12,768 nt of DNA, from the NCBI GenBank assembly GCA_048939765.1, contig JBHLPF010000016.1, positions 64,569-77,336 of the forward strand, written 5' to 3'. Made by a program: the position numbers and the translations under genes. The notes below the pieces were generated by a model. It was given only the letters and a program-made list of their open reading frames with translations. It did no database searches and was not told where the DNA came from. Shown one piece after another: positions 1-4,397 of this stretch (within the stretch, counting starts at the first letter, position 1; each line of letters starts with the position of its first letter). The stretch comes from Promethearchaeota archaeon. Lineage in GTDB: Archaea; Asgardarchaeota; Thorarchaeia; Thorarchaeales; Thorarchaeaceae.

Positions 1-449
1 ATGCCTACGACGGTTGCGCCAAGGCGCTCTACTGCCTTCTTTACTGCGAGAACAGTGGTCCCATTTATCAACCAATCATCAACAATGGCAACTCTATCTC
101 CCTGGTCAATAGAGTCCGACACTAGTGAGAGTCGTCCATCAGTGAATCTTGTTGTTGGCAAGAGTTCCACTGGACGTTTGTAATCCTCAGGCAGATATGC
201 AATTGACCTGACAGGCACAACGCCACAGCCTAAGTAGTATGCAATTGCACTTCCTAGAGCAAGTCCTCTCAGGTCGATGCCAATGACCTTATTTGGCTTG
301 ACCTCTGTCAATGGCTTGGCGAGGGTGTCTACAGCCTTGTTGAAGACTGTGGGATTCTCAAGCAGTCTACTGATATCAATTACCGCTTGTCCATTCTCTG
401 GCCAGTCCTTGATGACTTCTACATAGTCACGAAAATCAACATCTGTCAT
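1..449 (-). CDS. Adenine phosphoribosyltransferase-like type I PRTase, divergent; 3' end lies outside the window
   Basis: Manual translation from ATG (cat 447-449) gives MTDVDFRDYVEVIKDWPENGQAVIDISRLLENPTVFNKAVDTLAKPLTEVKPNKVIGIDLRGLALGSAIAYYLGCGVVPVRSIAYLP...GDRVAIVDDWLINGTTVLAVKKAVERLGATVVG, open to the edge. APRT-like motifs: DWP..G, DIS.LL, GIDLRG and a PRPP-binding loop VAIVDD...GTT. SD GAGGTG lies 5 nt upstream. Symbol withheld because the motifs are divergent. Confidence 0.88.
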   Translation of the reverse strand, partial: MTDVDFRDYVEVIKDWPENGQAVIDISRLLENPTVFNKAVDTLAKPLTEVKPNKVIGIDLRGLALGSAIAYYLGCGVVPVRSIAYLPEDYKRPVELLPTTRFTDGRLSLVSDSIDQGDRVAIVDDWLINGTTVLAVKKAVERLGATVVG

Positions 450-454
450 CCTGA

Positions 455-460
455 CACCTC
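455..460 (-). promoter_or_regulatory. Shine-Dalgarno site (GAGGTG) for the APRT-like gene
   Basis: Plus-strand cacctc at 455-460 reads GAGGTG on the minus strand, 5 nt before the ATG. Confidence 0.7.
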
Positions 461-540
461 AAGGCAATCACATTCCAAGGTAGTCATAATTCTTTCTGTA
501 GCAATAACATGTGATTCTATAGATTGCTTCATTGGTAGAC

Positions 541-548
541 CTTTAAAT
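541..548 (+). promoter_or_regulatory. Putative archaeal TATA box (CTTTAAAT)
   Basis: TTTAAA at 542-547 lies about 23 nt before ATG 571, the spacing expected for a leaderless transcript. The hexamer is palindromic, so it could also serve the divergent gene. Confidence 0.5.
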
Positions 549-570
549 GAAACTCTCCTCCATAAAGTCC

Positions 571-723
571 ATGGAATATCCTTCCGATGAAACTGTTACA
601 TCGCTGACAGACCTCATCGTCCAACAGATTAGAAAGATGGCAGAGAAGTCGAGTGAAGAAGAGAAACGGAACATGAGAAAAAACCTTGGTCTGGAATGTG
701 AGTGTGACAAGAAAGAGGCATGA
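571..723 (+). CDS. Small hypothetical protein, 50 aa (below the ORF-track cutoff)
   Basis: ATG 571 to TGA 721-723 encodes MEYPSDETVTSLTDLIVQQIRKMAEKSSEEEKRNMRKNLGLECECDKKEA. It has an amphipathic helical pattern, purine-rich codons like the neighbouring gene, a TATA box upstream, and it fills an otherwise empty gap. Confidence 0.6.
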   Translation: MEYPSDETVTSLTDLIVQQIRKMAEKSSEEEKRNMRKNLGLECECDKKEA

Positions 724-792
724 TTCCATCACAAAGTCGGAGAAACAGTTAAGAAACAAATCCGGTAGTCGATTCTCATCTGGTTATTTGGA

Positions 793-2328
793 GTGTCAGA
801 AGAGCTGATAGTACCAGGAACTACAATTGGCATATCGCTTATTCCAGGCTATGTAGAGATAAGAGACAAAGGGCTTGTCAAAAAGAAAATACCTACAAAG
901 CACAGATCATTTGAGAGTGTGCTTGAAGAGGTTGAGATGTTCTTTCGAGTCCGAAGGAAAATCCTTGCTCCCGGAATCCTTCGGGATGTTCTTGTTCGCA
1001 TTGGACTTCCGACTGCAAAGAAGATTGTTTCTGCGCAGGATTTGGAAACGCCGCCCGCAGCGACGAAGACAAAAACACCCACACCAAAAACAAGACACGA
1101 TCATGTCAAGTCTGCTGAAGATAAAGCACCAAAGGCACCGAGTAAGCCACCTCCAGCGGATGAAGCTGCTACTTTCGTTGAGAATCCTGAGCTTGATGAG
1201 CCAGGTGTTACTGTCCTTGATGGAGAAGATTTCACAGATATCGCTGATGCACTCAATGCCGTAGAATCAATGAGTGACTCCTTTATGGCTGCAAGACCGA
1301 AATTGCAGGCAGAAGATGCTACGGAAGAGGAGAAAGAAGAGCAGAAAGAACCCACAAAGTCGGGCCTCAGAATCAATATTACAGGCTCAGAAGAAATTAC
1401 TGCAGCTCCCACCACGGTTGCATCAGCACCGATGACACCTGAACACAAAGAGGCAGCACTGCCTGAAGAGGAGACGGTGATTGAGGAAGCTGAAGAGCGG
1501 GAGGTAGAAATCCTTCAGCCACAAGTGGAGTTTTCAAAGCCGGAGATAGCCGAAGAAGTTGAATCTCCAGAAGCGGAGGTTCCAAGCCCTGCAGAAGATT
1601 ATGAGAAAGAACCAGATTCAGATATGGAAACGATGCCTGAACCTCCTACAGAAGATGATGTAGAGGAAGAGTTGGCTGTCGAATTGGAAGCACCTTCAGA
1701 GCCAGAACCCTTGCATGAAGAATCCGAAGTAAGAACCACTCCAGCGCATGTTGTCAAGCCGTTGATTCAATCGAAGATTCTCATTCTGGGGGAAGCCGGA
1801 GTTGGCAAGCGCAGTCTGATGCGCAAGGCCGAGCTTGATGCAGTGGAGGAAGATGCACCCGGCGGGGAGCCATTTATTCATACGAAAGTTCTAGAAACAG
1901 AGAACCATAGAGTAAAAGTCCAGGTCTGGTCGTTTGATGAGGCAGTAAAATCGAAGATATCCAGAATGGAATTCTATGATGAGGCTGAAGCGTTAATTGT
2001 TGTCTATGCTGCCTCAGACAGGTGGAGCTTCGAGTCTATCGACTTCTGGCTCAAAGAAGCGACTATCACAAGAGATGTGGTTCCACCAATAGTTATAGTC
2101 GCAAACAAGACAGATCTTATCAAGGAATTTGAAGAAGATTTGGGAGAGCAGCCTGTTACTTCCGAAGAGGGCTTTGCTCTTGCGGAGGAACTAGCAAAGA
2201 GATTTGGAAGCGAAGAGGAACTGCATCCCGTAGCATTCATTGGGACATCGTGCTTGACCGGTGAGGGAGTCATTGATGTCTTCGTGACATCAGCTGAGCT
2301 GGCTGCTCGCAACAGACATGAAGAGTAG
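793..2328 (+). CDS. Multidomain protein: unknown N-terminal domain, Glu/Pro-rich disordered linker and C-terminal Rab/Ras-like small GTPase domain with degenerate motifs
   Basis: The last ~185 aa contain KILILGEAGVGKRS (G1), VKVQVW (strand before G3), FYDEAEALIVVY...SFESIDFWLKE (Rab-like segment), PIVIVANKTDL (G4) and TSCLTGEGV (G5). Residues ~75-320 are low-complexity E/P/A/T/K. GTG start. Confidence 0.88.
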   Translation: MSEELIVPGTTIGISLIPGYVEIRDKGLVKKKIPTKHRSFESVLEEVEMFFRVRRKILAPGILRDVLVRIGLPTAKKIVSAQDLETPPAATKTKTPTPKTRHDHVKSAEDKAPKAPSKPPPADEAATFVENPELDEPGVTVLDGEDFTDIADALNAVESMSDSFMAARPKLQAEDATEEEKEEQKEPTKSGLRINITGSEEITAAPTTVASAPMTPEHKEAALPEEETVIEEAEEREVEILQPQVEFSKPEIAEEVESPEAEVPSPAEDYEKEPDSDMETMPEPPTEDDVEEELAVELEAPSEPEPLHEESEVRTTPAHVVKPLIQSKILILGEAGVGKRSLMRKAELDAVEEDAPGGEPFIHTKVLETENHRVKVQVWSFDEAVKSKISRMEFYDEAEALIVVYAASDRWSFESIDFWLKEATITRDVVPPIVIVANKTDLIKEFEEDLGEQPVTSEEGFALAEELAKRFGSEEELHPVAFIGTSCLTGEGVIDVFVTSAELAARNRHEE

Positions 2329-2373
2329 TCGATGATTATCCGCGAAATTTGATAAGAAGACTCGCGAGGGATT

Positions 2374-2388
2374 GGAAATAGCCTTATA
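2374..2388 (+). promoter_or_regulatory. Putative BRE/TATA promoter (GGAAATAGCCTTATA) for the zinc-finger gene
   Basis: A purine-rich GGAAA is followed by CTTATA about 50 nt upstream of GTG 2441, within the intergenic gap. Confidence 0.4.
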
Positions 2389-2440
2389 CTCCACTACCAT
2401 TATGAACCGAGAATTCAGCTGATACTCCGATCGATCCTCA

Positions 2441-2761
2441 GTGAGTGTGGTCAACACGAAAGAGAATTGCGAAAGCTGTGGAAAAATGGTCGAACCTATT
2501 GGCATTGCTCGAAATCCGGAAGAGCAGTTCATAAACGATGCTCGGAAAGGCATGTGGATCTGTGTTGATTGCTTCGGGAAGCGGTTCAAGGTAAACACAA
2601 AGAAGCGGAGTGGGTATGAAGGCACCATCTACGAGCTAGAAGAAAGGAGTGCACTCAGGTTTGGCCCAGGGAGCTCGAAGTTCAGCTGTCTTAAGTGTGA
2701 GTGGATTGCTTGGACCGAAGAAGGATTGGGAAGCCATATGCAGAGGAGACATCCTGGGTAG
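2441..2761 (+). CDS. Small zinc-binding protein: N-terminal CxxC...CxxC site and C-terminal C2H2 zinc finger
   Basis: CESC...CVDC pair, then FSCLKCEWIAWTEEGLGSHMQRRH, which fits C-x2-C-x12-H-x4-H. Confidence 0.85.
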   Translation: MSVVNTKENCESCGKMVEPIGIARNPEEQFINDARKGMWICVDCFGKRFKVNTKKRSGYEGTIYELEERSALRFGPGSSKFSCLKCEWIAWTEEGLGSHMQRRHPG

Positions 2762-2768
2762 CTGGAGC

Positions 2769-3398
2769 TCATTCATTCTTGACCGAGAAGGTGTCTTTTT
2801 CTCCTATGATCACATGCCCGGAGAAGCGAAGACCATCAAGTTTTCTTGCTGCATTTTCCAGCATGCCCATTCGATACATCGCAGTTCGCGGGCCTACGCC
2901 CTGAAGCCAGTCTAGGCCGGTCAAATCTAATTTGTCATGATGGGCGAAATAAAGCCTGAGGTCTGATGAAATCGCATTCGTACGGTCAAACATCGCCGCC
3001 GTCAGCCCAATACTGGGAGCGGCAAAACTGGCCATGACCCAAATGACAATGAATGGGTCATTCGAGAAGTAATCAAAGAAGAATATGAAGCCACTCAGAA
3101 TAGGATCAACTAAGGCAATAATCACAAGCGCCAGCGATAGATACTGAGGCGTGTCATCACTTCCAAGGCCCACCACTCCTATTATGTCCTGGTTTGGCGG
3201 ATAAAGAAAGACCAAGATGCCTCCAGAAGCAATGCCTACGACTAACCCAGTAAGGGCAATCAGAATTGTATACTCAGTTCCCCTATCAGCCCATATTGAA
3301 GGGAATCCAAGAAGGGATTGAAGTACAAGAGCAACGCAGATTGTAGCGGCACCTACAAAGAATCCTCTCCAGCTGAAGAATTCATACCGCATTTCCAT
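2769..3398 (-). CDS. Hypothetical membrane protein, ~209 aa, 4 predicted TM helices and a soluble C-terminal region with an HhH-like motif
   Basis: The track ORF is 2769-3518, but the ATGs at 3398 or 3392 are more plausible starts. Four hydrophobic segments (GFFVGAATICVALVLQSLLGF; TILIALTGLVVGIASGGILVFLY; YLSLALVIIALVDPILSGFIFFF; FIVIWVMASFAAPSIGLTAAMF) are followed by LDWLQGVGPRTA. Confidence 0.8.
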   Translation of the reverse strand: MEMRYEFFSWRGFFVGAATICVALVLQSLLGFPSIWADRGTEYTILIALTGLVVGIASGGILVFLYPPNQDIIGVVGLGSDDTPQYLSLALVIIALVDPILSGFIFFFDYFSNDPFIVIWVMASFAAPSIGLTAAMFDRTNAISSDLRLYFAHHDKLDLTGLDWLQGVGPRTAMYRMGMLENAARKLDGLRFSGHVIIGEKDTFSVKNE

Positions 3399-3600
3399 GA
3401 TCTCATCGGACAATCCTTGTTGCACCTTAACTATTCTACAATCAGATAATACCTTAATTTCTGATAAAGCTTCGTGTGACAGCAGCAGTGATAGAGACAA
3501 TCGCATCAGCACAATCAAACCTCTGACAGTAGAGTACAGTCTTTCTTAGATAGTTGAGTTTATAGCCGAAGGATTCCCGATTTACTCAAATCCATCTCTC

Positions 3601-3646
3601 TTCTCAAAATGAGAACGGAGCAATTTATTAGAATCGTGGAACGGAG
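3601..3646 (+). promoter_or_regulatory. Putative promoter/operator of the ABC operon
   Basis: Palindrome TTCTCA-AAA-TGAGAA (3601-3615), TATA-like TTTATTA (3624-3630) and direct repeat GAACGGAG at 3613-3620 and 3639-3646. Confidence 0.45.
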
Positions 3647-3701
3647 TTCAAGACGATAGCGGGCTTGCTCTGAACAGGAGTGGTTTCAGCTGAGTGATGA
3701 T

Positions 3702-4388
3702 GTGATTGTGCGCCTGGATGATGTTTCAAGAACATACACGATGGGAGAGATACAGGTACATGCTCTGACAGATGTGTCGCTCTCCATCAAAAGAGGAGAA
3801 TCAGTAGCTATCATGGGACCTAGTGGATCAGGTAAAACAACATTGCTGAATCTGATTGGAGCTCTCGACAGGCCTACTAACGGAAGAGTTCACATTGATG
3901 GAGTTGACATCACTGAGATGAATGAGAAGGACTTGACCAACGTAAGACGAGAGAAGATCTCCTTCGTCTTCCAATTCTTCAATCTCCTTCCAGTGCTATC
4001 AGCATATGAGAACGTGGAGCTTCCACTTCTCATCAGTGGTGTTGACGAAGAAACCCGAAAGGCTCGTGTCGACCATTTGATCAATCTTGTCGGTCTCGCA
4101 GAAAGAGCAGAGCATCGACCCGATGAGCTCAGCGGCGGAGAACAGCAACGTGTGGCAATCGCACGCGCCTTGGCAAAGCCTCCAGGCTCAGCGAGCTCTA
4201 TTGTTGTGCTTGCTGACGAACCTACAGGCGACCTTGATTCAACAACAGGCGAGGAGATAATGAAGGTGCTCATCGAGCTGACGAAGGGCGAAGGTGGCAC
4301 ATTGATCTGTGTAACCCACGACCCTGACGTTGGCCAGAAGATGGACCGTGTACTCAAGATGAGAGATGGACTGATAACAAACGCGTGA
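3702..4388 (+). CDS. ABC transporter ATP-binding protein, MacB/LolD/FtsE-like family
   Basis: Walker A GPSGSGKT, Q-loop FVFQ, signature LSGGEQQR, Walker B VVLADEPTG, H-loop VTHD. The start may instead be CTG 3690. Confidence 0.96.
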   Translation: MIVRLDDVSRTYTMGEIQVHALTDVSLSIKRGESVAIMGPSGSGKTTLLNLIGALDRPTNGRVHIDGVDITEMNEKDLTNVRREKISFVFQFFNLLPVLSAYENVELPLLISGVDEETRKARVDHLINLVGLAERAEHRPDELSGGEQQRVAIARALAKPPGSASSIVVLADEPTGDLDSTTGEEIMKVLIELTKGEGGTLICVTHDPDVGQKMDRVLKMRDGLITNA

Positions 4389-4397
4389 GGTCTGTAA

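Noticed and set aside
468-701. Long-range inverted match: the reverse complement of 468-481 (ACCTTGGAATGTGA) against 683-701 (ACCTTGGtctggAATGTGA)
   Set aside because: It needs a 5-nt gap, has no target-site duplication, and one arm lies inside a probable CDS. Not enough to call a MITE.
1-759. Track ORFs 1..183 (+), 387..590 (+) and 529..759 (-)
   Set aside because: They are shadows overlapping the APRT-like gene and the 571-723 ORF, which have better motif and signal support.
2402-2440. ATG 2402 in frame with the zinc-finger gene but interrupted by TGA 2420-2422 (possible Sec read-through or uORF)
   Set aside because: No redox motif surrounds the TGA, no SECIS is evident, and the putative TATA at 2384 would start transcription downstream of this ATG.
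3399-3518. 40-aa N-terminal extension of the membrane protein in the ORF track
   Set aside because: It begins at TTG, runs through AT-rich promoter-like sequence and does not look protein-like. ATG 3398 or 3392 is preferred.
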